DNA from: Octopus bimaculoides
Lineage: Eukaryota
Assembly: GCF_001194135.2 (NCBI RefSeq)
Contig: NC_068983.1
Coordinates: forward strand, 94,912,604 to 94,976,603
Reading direction: 5' to 3'
Length of the DNA stretch: 64,000 bases
Translations under genes and position numbers: made by a program
Notes under the pieces: model-generated
Told to the model about the DNA's origin: nothing
Databases searched by the model: none
The model's input: the letters and a program-made list of their open reading frames with translations, nothing else
Shown here: positions 52,001 to 59,720 of the stretch, one piece after another
Position numbering within the stretch: the first letter of the stretch is position 1
Layout of the letters: each line of letters begins with the position of its first letter

Positions 52001-53635
52001 CGTTATTAACTTTGCTTGACTGACAAATTTGGTTCTCTTTCTATTTCATAGTTGATTATTTAAAAGTAAGGTCATCCAGGCTGCAAAATCAGTTCCCCTA
52101 ACAGAATGATTCCTATGTATGCTAGCATGGTATAAATAGCTGCACAATGTATCTCATTTTGAAAACATTTGTTTCATTCCTTCTGAAAATTGATTTTTAC
52201 TTCAGTGATATAATTGTCTCCTCTCTCTTTACAGACACCTTGCAATGACAATAAAGATTTTGCACTGTTACGCTTTCATGCTGGGCCACCCTATGAGGTA
52301 AATATTGTTTTATATCCATTTCGAGACTGTTGTTCTTGAAGTAGAGATGTTTTTGGGAGTATTATTTTACCTTACTGATTTTAAAAATTGGTAGACTGAA
52401 GTGGAGTTTAAGAATATTACTAAAAAGCTAGTTACTAGTGTGTGTATCCTACTTTTTTAGATATATTTTTCATATTTTCCATATCTCAACATCTATCCTT
52501 AATGGTAATTGTGCTTTCAGCTGTTTGGCAATTAATCTCAATAAAGCTAGCCCTTCTATTAGGATTACTTATTGAATGGCAAAGAGAGAGTGTAGGTGTT
52601 TGTGAAAAGATAGTCTATTTTTTTATGTTGAGTAGGGAATACTTTTTTGTAGTAGTTCAATGTTTACAGGGTCCTAACATTCCATTCTGGTTAAACACCA
52701 ATAAGGAAGGGCACCCAGCTGTAGAAACTCTGCCACATCAGATTGGAGCCTGGTGCAGCCATCTGGTTCGCCAGTCCTCAGTCAAATCGTCCAACCCATG
52801 CTAGCATGGAAAAAAGGACGTTAAACGATGATGATGATGATGAAGCTGTCCAAAATATCAAGGATCAGTTATTTGCAAGCATTCACCAGGACCATTGACT
52901 GTTGAAGAGAGGGTGTAACTATTTGCAATGGAAGCAATACAACTATTTTGTCATTCCCCATATATCTGCATTATAAACTGCTTATTTTGAACAAATGTAT
53001 TGATAGAGTTTGTTACTCCACAAGATGGCATGTGAGCCATAAAGGCTGCATCAGAATTTCTTTTGGACTAAATTCTGATGATCTATTGATAGAAAAGGTG
53101 CATTCCCATCAGGGATACATAAAATGCTCTCTCTCTCTTTCTCATCAAAATCGTCAGCGCATTAGGCTTATCAGTGACTAGTTGGATAGCTGGTTTCCTA
53201 ATGTTCAAGTTGCAGATGATATATTAATGTTCATCACAGTACTCCCTGTACCTCTTGTACCATAGTTGTGCTCCCCATGAATACCAGTCTGCTATTGATA
53301 AACACAATAAGAAATAAATTTATCTGAGATGTTTTAGATACTCATTCCTACAAATTTAAATTATAAGGTTGTGTTGTCCAAAACCACAAGAAATAGGTTT
53401 CTACTCTCTTGGCCCTAAAAAATAAAACCAGAAATGGAAATAAAAAAAAAACTTTTTAATGAATATGTACTTGAATATTGTAATAACTGTGTGAATTCTC
53501 CTTTTGCAGGATATTGCATTCAAAATTGTCAACCGTGAATGGGAATATTCATACAAGCGAGGCTTCCGCTGTCAGTTCCAGAACAACATTTTCCAACTGT
53601 GGTTTCACTTCAAACGTTATCGCTACCGGCGATAG
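10231..53635 (+). CDS. CACTIN: Cactin (spliceosomal C-complex factor), 19 coding exons, 709 aa (whole-gene span)
   Basis: Exons join in phase via GT-AG introns to 2130 nt. Conserved Cactin motifs [79 protein letters not shown], and C-terminus [14 protein letters not shown]. Confidence 0.97.
12050..12960 (-). mobile_element. CR1/Jockey-group LINE fragment
   Basis: QVR....(W)[10 protein letters not shown] motif near 12200-12270 on the minus strand; heavily decayed. Confidence 0.4.
13040..14100 (-). mobile_element. RTE-clade LINE fragment (RT core)
   Basis: Decayed GSVLSPLLF / LLYADDLVLIAES region at about 13890-13990; RTE-type 3' region toward 13100. Confidence 0.65.
14275..14478 (+). CDS. 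CACTIN: Cactin exon 2
   Basis: Acceptor TTTGCAG; [28 protein letters not shown]...[14 protein letters not shown](R); donor GTAGGT; phase 2 in and out. Confidence 0.88.
15529..15598 (+). CDS. CACTIN: Cactin exon 3
   Basis: TTTTCAG; [23 protein letters not shown]; donor GTAATA. Confidence 0.93.
15724..16942 (-). mobile_element. Degenerate Tc1/mariner-superfamily element with DUF4817-type HTH
   Basis: TIRs TACAGGGTGTCCCCAAAA / TGCAAAATGTCCCCAAAA; ORF remnant [25 protein letters not shown] resembles the N-terminus of DUF4817 transposases. Confidence 0.7.
17777..17830 (+). CDS. CACTIN: Cactin exon 4
   Basis: TTTCAG; [18 protein letters not shown]; donor GTAAAC. Confidence 0.93.
18530..19436 (-). 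mobile_element. Internally deleted Tc1-like (DUF4817) element with about 55-bp TIRs
   Basis: TIR TACAGGATGCAGCAAAATGATCTGACATATTTGTAGGTTTAATAAAAGTGAAAT matches the other end; [26 protein letters not shown] joined to [22 protein letters not shown]. Confidence 0.85.
19739..21174 (+). repeat. Identical 70-bp direct repeat flanking Cactin exon 5 (19739-19808 and 21105-21174)
   Basis: TATGTTTTTCTTTTTTGTGTTTATTCTTTGTTATCAAAGGCTCCAACGATGATTGCATCAAATCAGAAGA present twice without mismatch. Confidence 0.92.
20604..20750 (+). CDS. CACTIN: Cactin exon 5
   Basis: CTTACAG; [28 protein letters not shown]...KMAENR; donor GTCAGT. Confidence 0.95.
21610..21820 (+). mobile_element. tRNA-derived SINE, family A (GGCGAGCTGGCAGAAACGTTAGC head)
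   Basis: B box GAGTTCAAATTCC, tail GGCCTTGTGCCT.GAGTAGAAA. Other copies at about 2312-2521(-), 10416-10616(-), 31899-32010(+), 40209-40345(+), 44210-44330(-), 63474-63566(-). May correspond to described octopus OK/OR SINEs; not verified. Confidence 0.85.
22583..22654 (+). CDS. CACTIN: Cactin exon 6
   Basis: ATTGCAG; [24 protein letters not shown]; donor GTATCT. Confidence 0.93.
22804..23352. other. Assembly gap (549 N)
   Basis: Run of N between a (TA)n tract and the 3' side of the Penelope-like fragment. Confidence 1.
23453..24128 (-). mobile_element. Penelope-like retroelement, 5'-truncated: Cys-rich linker + GIY-YIG endonuclease
   Basis: 209-aa ORF: [21 protein letters not shown], CxxxxCxx[11 protein letters not shown]...YVWET(AQS)..[33 protein letters not shown]. 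Flanked by (TA)n plus gap and by (TG)n. Confidence 0.85.
24376..24438 (+). CDS. CACTIN: Cactin exon 7
   Basis: Acceptor TTTTATAAAAG (AAG); [21 protein letters not shown]; donor GTAAGT. Confidence 0.92.
24761..25207 (+). repeat. Diverged about 160-bp direct duplication (24761-24921 and 25048-25207)
   Basis: Both start CATGTGTATAAATATAAACAAACTAA, share TTAGAACAGCAGAAATACTGGGTAAATTAC and end AAAAATTTGTCA. Confidence 0.85.
26303..26360. repeat. (CA)n microsatellite (representative)
   Basis: Pure CA run. Other microsatellites: (CA)n about 17895-17930, 28913-28938; (TA)n about 18486-18512, 19930-19975, 27620-27680, 28228-28258, 28445-28475; (GA)n about 30065-30092; (TG)n about 24163-24190; (AAT)n about 49005-49040. 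Confidence 0.95.
27690..28100 (+). mobile_element. Possible non-autonomous Helitron/HINE-like element
   Basis: 3' part GTGAAGTTTCATCAAGG...ACAAACACACAAACTTGCCATTTATTA resembles HINE/Lep1-type ends as recalled; internal about 35-bp direct repeat at about 27726 and 27896; preceded by a long (TA)n. Confidence 0.35.
29042..29096 (+). CDS. CACTIN: Cactin exon 8
   Basis: TTTTTCAG; [18 protein letters not shown]; donor GTAAGC; phase 1. Confidence 0.94.
29270..29580 (+). mobile_element. RTE-clade LINE fragment (RT N-terminal motifs)
   Basis: [23 protein letters not shown]...[20 protein letters not shown], a decayed QFGF..STTDAIF.VRQLQEK..AFVDLEKA..EWLV.AVQAMY. Confidence 0.75.
30262..30350 (+). CDS. 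CACTIN: Cactin exon 9
   Basis: CATACAG; (A)[29 protein letters not shown]; donor GTAAGT. Confidence 0.95.
33009..33162 (+). CDS. CACTIN: Cactin exon 10
   Basis: GTTTCAG; [33 protein letters not shown]...LDPLSR; donor GTGAGA; phase 1. Confidence 0.95.
33600..34430 (-). mobile_element. RTE-clade LINE fragment
   Basis: Same decayed RT C-terminal sequence as the 1190-1560 and 59060-59500 fragments, followed by a (GAT)n tail near 33515. Confidence 0.5.
35506..35652 (+). CDS. CACTIN: Cactin exon 11
   Basis: ATTACAG; (D)[25 protein letters not shown]...QGGEGIDI; donor GTAAAT; phase 1. Confidence 0.95.
35762..36181. repeat. 60-bp-unit minisatellite, about 7 copies, in Cactin intron 11
   Basis: Unit GTCCTGTTATCCTCTACTATCATTCTCTTTCCTGTTGCTATCATTATTATCACTTCTCTT; consecutive 60-nt lines nearly identical; 10-N gap inside (35873-35882). 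Confidence 0.95.
37137..37246 (+). CDS. CACTIN: Cactin exon 12
   Basis: GCTACAG; (G)[36 protein letters not shown]; donor GTAATT. Confidence 0.95.
40585..40790 (+). CDS. CACTIN: Cactin exon 13
   Basis: ATTACAG; [12 protein letters not shown] followed by S/T-rich low-complexity linker; donor GTAAGT; phase 2. Confidence 0.92.
41080..41560 (-). mobile_element. Mariner transposase C-terminal remnant
   Basis: [25 protein letters not shown], a decayed HDNAPAH / SPDLAPxDFFLFPKL. Confidence 0.55.
42452..42641 (+). CDS. CACTIN: Cactin exon 14
   Basis: TGTTTAG; [10 protein letters not shown]...[11 protein letters not shown]...[14 protein letters not shown]; donor GTAAGT. Confidence 0.92.
44925..45305 (-). 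mobile_element. tRNA-derived SINE, family C (CORE-like CCTTGGGCAAGTGTCTTCTACTATAGC body, internal (TG)n), near full length
   Basis: Head GGC(A/G)TGGCT.TGT.GTAAG; 3' end GACTGAAACAAGTAAAAG. Partial copies at about 2925-3110(-), 17390-17640(+), 20000-20135(-), 26558-26760(+), 32815-32940(-), 39130-39270(+), 39830-39990(-), 46555-46705(-), 51540-51625(-). Confidence 0.8.
45425..45580 (+). CDS. CACTIN: Cactin exon 15
   Basis: CTTTCAG; [26 protein letters not shown]...[15 protein letters not shown]; donor GTAAGT. Confidence 0.95.
45994..46316 (-). mobile_element. tRNA-headed non-autonomous retroelement with hammerhead ribozyme and inverted terminal copy
   Basis: Minus strand: tRNA-like head 46227-46158 (A box TGGCATAGTGG, B box AGTTCGATTCC), (AAT)n, body, hammerhead 46087-46042, tail; 68-nt inverted copy of the tail at 46232-46299. 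Confidence 0.8.
46042..46087 (-). ncRNA. Minimal type-I hammerhead ribozyme motif
   Basis: GACAC-CUGAUGA-A-GGCUG(GAGAGUAUAU)CAGCC-GAA-A-UG-U-U-GUGUU: stem I GACAC/GUGUU, intact core, 5-bp stem II, 1-bp stem III as in Penelope-associated hammerheads. Confidence 0.8.
47459..47542 (+). CDS. CACTIN: Cactin exon 16
   Basis: ATTTCAG; [28 protein letters not shown]; donor GTAAGT. Confidence 0.97.
49039..49640 (-). mobile_element. Three tandem family-A SINE copies after an (AAT)n tract
   Basis: Copies at about 49039-49145, 49255-49455 and 49460-49640, same orientation. Confidence 0.8.
50425..50475 (+). CDS. CACTIN: Cactin exon 17
   Basis: TTTTCAG; [17 protein letters not shown]; donor GTAAGT. Confidence 0.95.
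50737..51016 (+). mobile_element. SINE with RTE-type (GAT)n tail (longest young copy of this family)
   Basis: GGCACGTAAAAGCACCCACTACACTCTC...CCATGCTAGCATGGAAAGCGG.TTAAACGATGATG. Other copies at about 17985-18170(-), 20190-20385(+), 22071-22180(-), 27040-27452(+, two), 31475-31720(-), 34720-34962(+), 39010-39107(+), 52686-52843(+), 58556-58740(-). Confidence 0.85.
52235..52297 (+). CDS. CACTIN: Cactin exon 18
   Basis: TTTACAG; [21 protein letters not shown]; donor GTAAAT. Confidence 0.96.
53510..53635 (+). CDS. CACTIN: Cactin exon 19 (terminal coding part)
   Basis: TTTGCAG; [41 protein letters not shown], stop TAG 53633-53635. Confidence 0.97.
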   Translation, partial: DIAFKIVNREWEYSYKRGFRCQFQNNIFQLWFHFKRYRYRR

Positions 53636-53687
53636 GATTCCCCTTCTTTCTTCATTCAGATTTTTAAAGCAATGTATATTTTTTAAC

Positions 53688-53693
53688 AATAAA
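53688..53693 (+). terminator. Candidate poly(A) signal of Cactin
   Basis: AATAAA about 50 nt after the stop, followed by a GT/T-rich stretch; a second AATAAA lies near 53758. Confidence 0.55.
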
Positions 53694-53972
53694 TCTGTTC
53701 TTTTGGAGTTGGTTGAGTTTGCTTTGCAGAACTTTTGAGCTAACTTATCATTACTAATAATAAAGAAAAAAGAAAGCTTGCTGTTGTTTTGTATAAAATA
53801 ATTTTAATTTTTGATAAAATATAACTTCTTTTCAATTTAATTGTTCAATTACAAAAAGTATGGATAGGAACAATGTAGTGGTAGAAAAATAGACAGAGGC
53901 TGTAGTAATTTTGTAATGGGTGAAGGTTGTAGTAACAGTATCTGTGATAGAAAGATATGGTAGTACTGTAAT

Positions 53973-54655
53973 GGGATCTTTGGGGTTTGACGGGTAACAT
54001 TTGTTTTCTTAACGAAACACTTTCAAACTTGGGACACTGGTAGAATGTGTCATATAAAACAACTTCTTCTCTTAACCTTCTTAACAAAATTTTGTACATC
54101 GCAAGTTATTTCATGTTAAAGTTGTCGTATTTCTGTAATTTCAACCAATCACTGACGTCTATTCAGCTGAATACAATTACTGCTGTTCGGTGTCAAGTGT
54201 GTTATTCCCTGTTTAATTATATCATTATTCCCTAGTAAGGGTTCGGGTTTTAGGGTTAGGGTTATGGTTATGAATTATAGGGTTAGAGTTAAGGTTATGG
54301 CAAAAATAATCATAACCCTAACCGTAATCCTAAAACTAACCCTAACCCTAAAACCAGCACAAACGATGTCATAAATAAGAGTAACACGGGTGGTTGTTGA
54401 CCAACAACGGGACTAATTTTATTCAAAGGAAAAGATCCCATGACACCGTTACGGCATTAATTGTTTTCACCTCAATAGACGTCAGTGATTGGTTGAAATT
54501 ACCGAAATACGACAATTTTTTACATAAAATAATTTCGAATACAAAATTTTTTATCTGTTCTATACCACAAAATATACAAATATTCGAAGTTTGAAAGTGT
54601 TTCGGTACCAAAAACACTACAAAAAACATGTTGCCCGTCAAACCCCAAAGATCCC
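53973..54655. mobile_element. Foldback MITE with head-to-head telomeric-like core
   Basis: TIRs GGGATCTTTGGGGTTTGACGGG(T/C)AACAT 27/28 identical; 6-bp TSD TGTAAT on both sides; inner arms 54124-54163 / 54474-54513 39/40 identical; degenerate (TTAGGG)n then (CCCTAA)n at 54238-54355. Confidence 0.85.
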
Positions 54656-54731
54656 TGTAATGTATTATTGGTGAATGAAGGTTGTAATAACAGTATCAGA
54701 GAGAAAGAAAATGTGGTAATGGTTGTGAAGG

Positions 54732-55198
54732 TTTAGGTCTACAGAGAAATGAAAGAGAAATTTCATTGTGAAGTTGTCACGAGGAGCACACTTCTATGAG
54801 TACATCTAATACCCCCACCTCTGGATGTTTTTTTCTCTCTTTTAGCTTTTTTCTCCTCTCAACTGTTCAATAAATAGTATCTGTTTGAGCCACTGTATGG
54901 TTCCTTATGAGTCAAAGAGTGAACTTCTATACAGTCACTCAGTTAACTAAAAATAGCATTCAAATATCTCTCAGATCAGATTATACCATCTTAAATAAAA
55001 GCATATTAGATAAGGTAGTCCTAAAAAGATGAGATGCTCATAGCTGGAATATCTCTGATCATATATCTGTTCAACTTCAGTTGGCCTGGAGTTAAAAACA
55101 AGTATTGCGCAGAGGTGGGGGTATTAGATGTACTCATAGTGTGCTCCTCGTGACAACTTTACAATGAAATTTCTCTTTCATTTCTCTGTAGACCTAAA
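54732..55198. repeat. Near-perfect long inverted repeat (92/89-bp arms, 286-bp spacer)
   Basis: 54732-54823 versus reverse complement of 55110-55198: one mismatch and one 3-nt indel. Confidence 0.9.
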
Positions 55199-55552
55199 TA
55201 TTGTTGTGTCTACATTGAAGGGTTTGTCTTTAAATATCCATGAATAATATGTCAGAGACCCAATCTTGGCAGAATACATACTTTTTCGGGTGGATATTAT
55301 ACAAAATACATGGGTTGAAGTGAATTGAAATGGCTTGACCACAGATTGAACCTTGTATTGCAGATTTTACTCACTTGAAGCACATAGATATGACATAAGA
55401 ATGAGCCTTCATCATCATCATCATTTAACATCTGTTTTCAATGCTGGCAAGGATTGAAGTATTAATAAAAATATATAAAATGAAAATGTAGCAAATGTCC
55501 AGTGAGAATTGAATTTTTGACCTGTGATTAATGGTCAAGTACATTGACCAAG

Positions 55553-55641
55553 GCTTTTCATTAAAGGATTCTGTATAAGATTCTGGTACTGTGTCACCTG
55601 AAATTAGATAAGAAGTTCTAGAGAATCCTCAGCAAACTTCT
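55553..55641 (-). pseudogene. Decayed partial duplicate of galactosyltransferase coding sequence (source about 56023-56112)
   Basis: Aligns with CDS: ..TSYLISGDTVPESYTESFNEK versus ..TAYLISGDLVPELYAESFNGK, with a 1-nt deletion. Confidence 0.8.
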
Positions 55642-55676
55642 TAAAAATTGATCCTCAGCATATTAATACCACTTGT

Positions 55677-55682
55677 TTTATT
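55677..55682 (-). terminator. Candidate poly(A) signal of the galactosyltransferase gene
   Basis: AATAAA on the minus strand about 135 nt after the stop. Confidence 0.45.
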
Positions 55683-55817
55683 AACCATATCCTCAAAAGA
55701 ATAAAAGATGTCAACTATGGCAGGATTTGAACTCAGAATATGGTGTAAGGATATTCAAGAATGCAGGGCATGTAGTTCATTTCAGCAAGCTTCAACTGCT
55801 ATTTTTAAAAGAGAAAA

Positions 55818-56770
55818 TTAACGGCAAATAAGATTTACATCTTTTAATTGTTGATAAATAATTTTCATATTTCTTGGCATCACATGATGTCCACTTATTA
55901 TGTTTTTGTAAGTACAGCCAGTGTGTTGTTGGTTATGGATTGTAAACTTGCTACTGTCTATTCTTGTTGCATTCACTCGGTTTGCAAGCATCCCTGTTAT
56001 ATAAACATCTTCAAGCCAGAAGCGCTTTCCATTAAATGATTCTGCATACAATTCTGGTACTAAGTCACCTGAAATTAGATAAGCAGTCCCAGAGACATAC
56101 TCAGGAAACTCATTCTTTGGATATTTTGATATGGGTGTGTACCATTTTGATGAACTATCTCTGATTGGTGCAACATGTTTAAAAAGTAAACCCATGATAA
56201 ACCGAGAACGTTTCATGTTCATAAGTGTTTTCTCTAACAATGGAAGATTTATATACATATCATCATCTGTTTTCAACACAAATTTTACTTTTCTACATGA
56301 AGAACTCACCCAACGTAGATAAGCAATTGACTTTAAAGATAAGTTTGCATAATGATCAATATAGTTCTCTTGTACAATATCACCATATTTTACACTTTCT
56401 TCATGAATATCATCTTGAACACCAGGACCATGTGTAACACCTTCAAAAAAAACCATCTTAAAGTTTGAATTATTCCTAGCATATTGACCCCACGTCTCTC
56501 GTATGGTATTTCGACGCAGTATATTTATTGGGGCTGAACACACAGCAACAAGGATCTGAACAGAGTCAGAACAATTATTTGTCAAATGAATGTATGAGAA
56601 ATGATATGACTGTTGGTTTATGATAGAAACATCTGAAAATGGAAGAAATCGTAACCACCTGCCTGAAAGTATATTCATGTAGGTTTCTGGATTGATTTGG
56701 TACATGAGAATAATGTACACAAAAATGGCTATAATTAATATTGTCATCCATATGCGAATCTTCTTTTTAC
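55818..56770 (-). CDS. Beta-1,3-galactosyltransferase (CAZy GT31 / Galactosyl_T family, B3GALT1/5-like), main exon
   Basis: N-terminal TM segment; GT31 motifs RRNTIRETWG, DIVQENYIDHYANLSLKS, KTDDDMYINL (DxD), FPEYVSGTAYLIS, EDVYITG. Acceptor CATTTCCAG ends at 56771; frame stays open upstream of the ORF-track Met (KKKIRIW). Confidence 0.92.
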
Positions 56771-56821
56771 CTGGAAATGATAAGAAATAAACATTTCATT
56801 AATATATATATATATATTATT

Positions 56822-56982
56822 TTATTAAAGCCAAAAATTCTTCAAATTTTTATTCAGAGTTTCATGACTGCTCATTAGACAGTTGTGATAATACAGACTG
56901 GTATATGTGTTATCACAACTGTCTGAGGAAGAGTCACAGGAATCTCTGAGTAACTGTTTGTGAATTTTTTTTGGCTTTAGCA
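56822..56982. repeat. About 160-bp imperfect palindrome, each arm a decayed hammerhead-like motif
   Basis: Perfect 15-bp inner stem AGACAGTTGTGATAA / TTATCACAACTGTCT; outer arms alignable to TAAAGCCAAAAA; CTGAGGA..GAA and CTAATGA..GAAA cores. Confidence 0.6.
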
Positions 56983-57489
56983 AAATAGTATTTTACTCTA
57001 CTTTTGGTATTTTAGTTCTAATTTTTCTACCTTGTTTTGTATTTATGTGCTTACCTGTGTGTGTGTTTGTGCATGCATAAATATATATTATATCATATTA
57101 TAATAATATTATTATATCTGCAAGTAGTATTATTATCAAAGTAAGAGTACTCAATACCTAATGTAGAGTAAATATTTCTTTTAACATTTGAAATATTTCT
57201 TTATGAAGAGAACATCAGAGGATTACTTTATAGGGTTGAAACTTTATGGTAATACAACAGTTATCTCCACCTTACAACAGCAAAAAACCTGTTTAGAGGG
57301 AAATTACTCTGAAGGAAAAGTGATAGTGTAGAAATAGATTCTCTAAACCTCCTGCAGACAACTTCTCTAATCCCTGTAGCATAAAATGCACTAGATCAGC
57401 ACTGTATAGCGGTTGATACCTGAATGAGTATCTGACTATAAAGTCCATGTAAAAAACAAGCACAACATATTCAATAGCAGAGTTGGCCA

Positions 57490-58440
57490 GTTTTCTCTGT
57501 TGCTGTAGATGCGTTTAGTAATGGTTTTGTTGACATCAGAACTGTTCAAAGATGGTTCCAAAGCTCTTGTTCAGGAGATGACAGCCTTAAAAATAAACCA
57601 AGAGGTAGGCCAAAATCAGTTATTCAGCATGATGGATCAAATGCTTTAGTTGAACAAAATCCGAGAGCAAAGGTTCGAAAACTTTCATCAGAATTCCAAA
57701 CATTTCGCACAACTGTCTTTGGACACCTGTAAAAATTTGGAAAAGTCAAGAAAACAGATAGGTTTATTCCATATCAAATGAACGAGATTCAAAAAACAGA
57801 CACCTTGAAGTATGCTCCTTATTACTTTCTTGACTGGAAAAAAACATTTTAGCATCAAATCATTACTTGTGATGAGAAATGGATACTCTTTGACAACAGC
57901 AGGAGAACAAGACAGTGATTAGATGCAGGAGAGTCACCTAAACACTACCCAAACCCACCATTGCCTCCTAAAAAGCTAGTGGTCACTGTATGGTAGTCTG
58001 TGAAGGGAGTTATTCATTATTCATTTTTGCAACAAGGAAAATCAGTAACAGTAACATCATATTGCCAGGAAATTGATTATATGCATGAAAATTTGAAAAA
58101 GAAGCAACCCAGACTAGTGAACAGAGATGGCCCAGTTTTGCTCCACAACATCGCACGTCCTCAAACTCCTCAAGCTATGGTCCAAAAGTTGCAAAGCCTG
58201 AATTATGAGATTTTGCAGAATCCGCCCTATTCCCCTGATATCTCTCCTACTGATGATCACTGATTTAAGCATTTTGAGCTTTTCATAAGCAATAAAACAT
58301 TCTTAAATAGAGAAGAGGTAATTGAAGCATTCGGACAGTTTATCACAGCAAAAGATGAATTTTATTTTTAAAGATGAAATATATGGCATAGAGAAACATT
58401 GGGTAAACGTCATAAATGAACATGGATCATACTTTGATTA
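57490..58440 (+). mobile_element. Degenerate mariner (Mos1/SETMAR-like) transposase
   Basis: RTVQRWF, PRGRP, IITCDEKWILFDN, KKLVVTVW, GVIHYSFL, VLLHNIARPQ, NPPYSPDISPTDDH; stops and frameshifts. Confidence 0.88.
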
Positions 58441-58516
58441 AATAAACCAGTTCTCTAACACTTCTGAAACATTTTATTGTTACCTTTCCAATACAACATT
58501 TCATGTGAAACAATCT

Positions 58517-58553
<37 letters not shown>

Positions 58554-59059
58554 CATCACCATCATTTAACATCTTTTTTTTCTATGCTGACATGGGCTGG
58601 ACAATTTGACAAGAACAGATGAGCAAGAAGGCTTCATCAGGTTCTATGCTCGCTTTGCATTGGTTTCAACAACTGGATGCCCTTCTTAAAACTTAACAGA
58701 ATGTACTGGGTGCTTTTAATGTAGCATGAGCACTGGTGAGGTCACCAGGTACCCAAGCAGGTGTCTTACTAAAGAGGTGAATACATGGCTTGCTCACCTG
58801 TAAAGATGTGAGGTTCAGGTACATCATGACTATGAGACGATAAGCTAGAAGAAGGGAAAAAGTGGATGTGCTGGTAAGTCCATTGAGTGAATATAGTGTG
58901 ACAGATAATTAGTTGGATGCAGAGGATATCAGTTCGGTGCATGAGGAAGTGAAGAAGATAGGGTGACATAGAAGACTGATGGAAGAGTGGTTGTCAGATA
59001 ATGAGTTGTGGGGAAAGGCCTCAATTCTGTTGAGATAGATTGGTCTTCTCAAGCACAAC

Positions 59060-59500
59060 ATAATGCCATTCATCTCAGTCACCCCTCATCTTCTCTGAGA
59101 GGTTGAACATCTTGAGGTTGGTCTTCACTAATTTATACCATGTCTTCCTAGGTCTATTACTGTCACATGTTCCTTCCATATTTACTGACCATGTCCTCAT
59201 CCACATCTCATGACCATACCAGCACAGTCTTTTCTCCAACAAACTACGTCTCATGTCTCTTATGCCCAATTTTTCTCTAAGCATGCACTTTGTAATAAAT
59301 ACACATTGACATTGCACATCCATCAAAGCATACTTGCTTCATTTCTTTCAAAACTTCACGTCTTCTGCATTTACAGCCCAAGTTTCACAGCCATGTAGCA
59401 TTGCTGTTCATACGCAGGCACCATACAATCTGCTTTTCATTCTAAAAGAGAGGCCTTCTGTTACCAACAGATGTAAAAGTTCTCTGAACTTTCTCTAAGT
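59060..59500 (-). mobile_element. RTE-clade LINE 3' fragment
   Basis: LREKLGIRDMRRSLLEKRLCWYGH..EGTCDSNRPRKTW, a decayed RL.WYGHV...GRPRKTW. Confidence 0.75.
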
Positions 59501-59502
59501 TG

Positions 59503-59720
59503 GCAGGAGTACATGGTCAAGGTTACGGAGCTCTCTCCTAAGCAGTTTTTGAGCCTCCTATCCCAGCATAACATGAAGAGGTTAGTGACATGTCAGCAAT
59601 ACTGACACCAATGGCTGCACCCACTACTTGGATGTACATTTCGTTATTAAGCTTGAACATGTGACCCTTTAGTGCAACTTTAGTACTTGCACCTACCGCA
59701 TATGCAATAATTTTTCTCAC
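59503..59720 (-). mobile_element. Penelope-like reverse transcriptase fragment (frameshifted)
   Basis: HMFKLNNEMYIQVVGAAIGVSIAD, then after a frameshift VTNLFMLCWDRRLKNCLGESSVTLTMYS, ending where RYVDD would follow; PLE-type RT motif B' to C region. Confidence 0.65.

Noticed and set aside
53514-53738. 74-aa ORF over the last Cactin exon, and similar short ORFs overlapping other exons
   Set aside because: Alternative-frame or intron-extended readings of real Cactin exons.
54238-54355. Head-to-head TTAGGG/CCCTAA as a chromosome end-to-end fusion scar
   Set aside because: Short, degenerate and centred inside a TIR- and TSD-bounded MITE.
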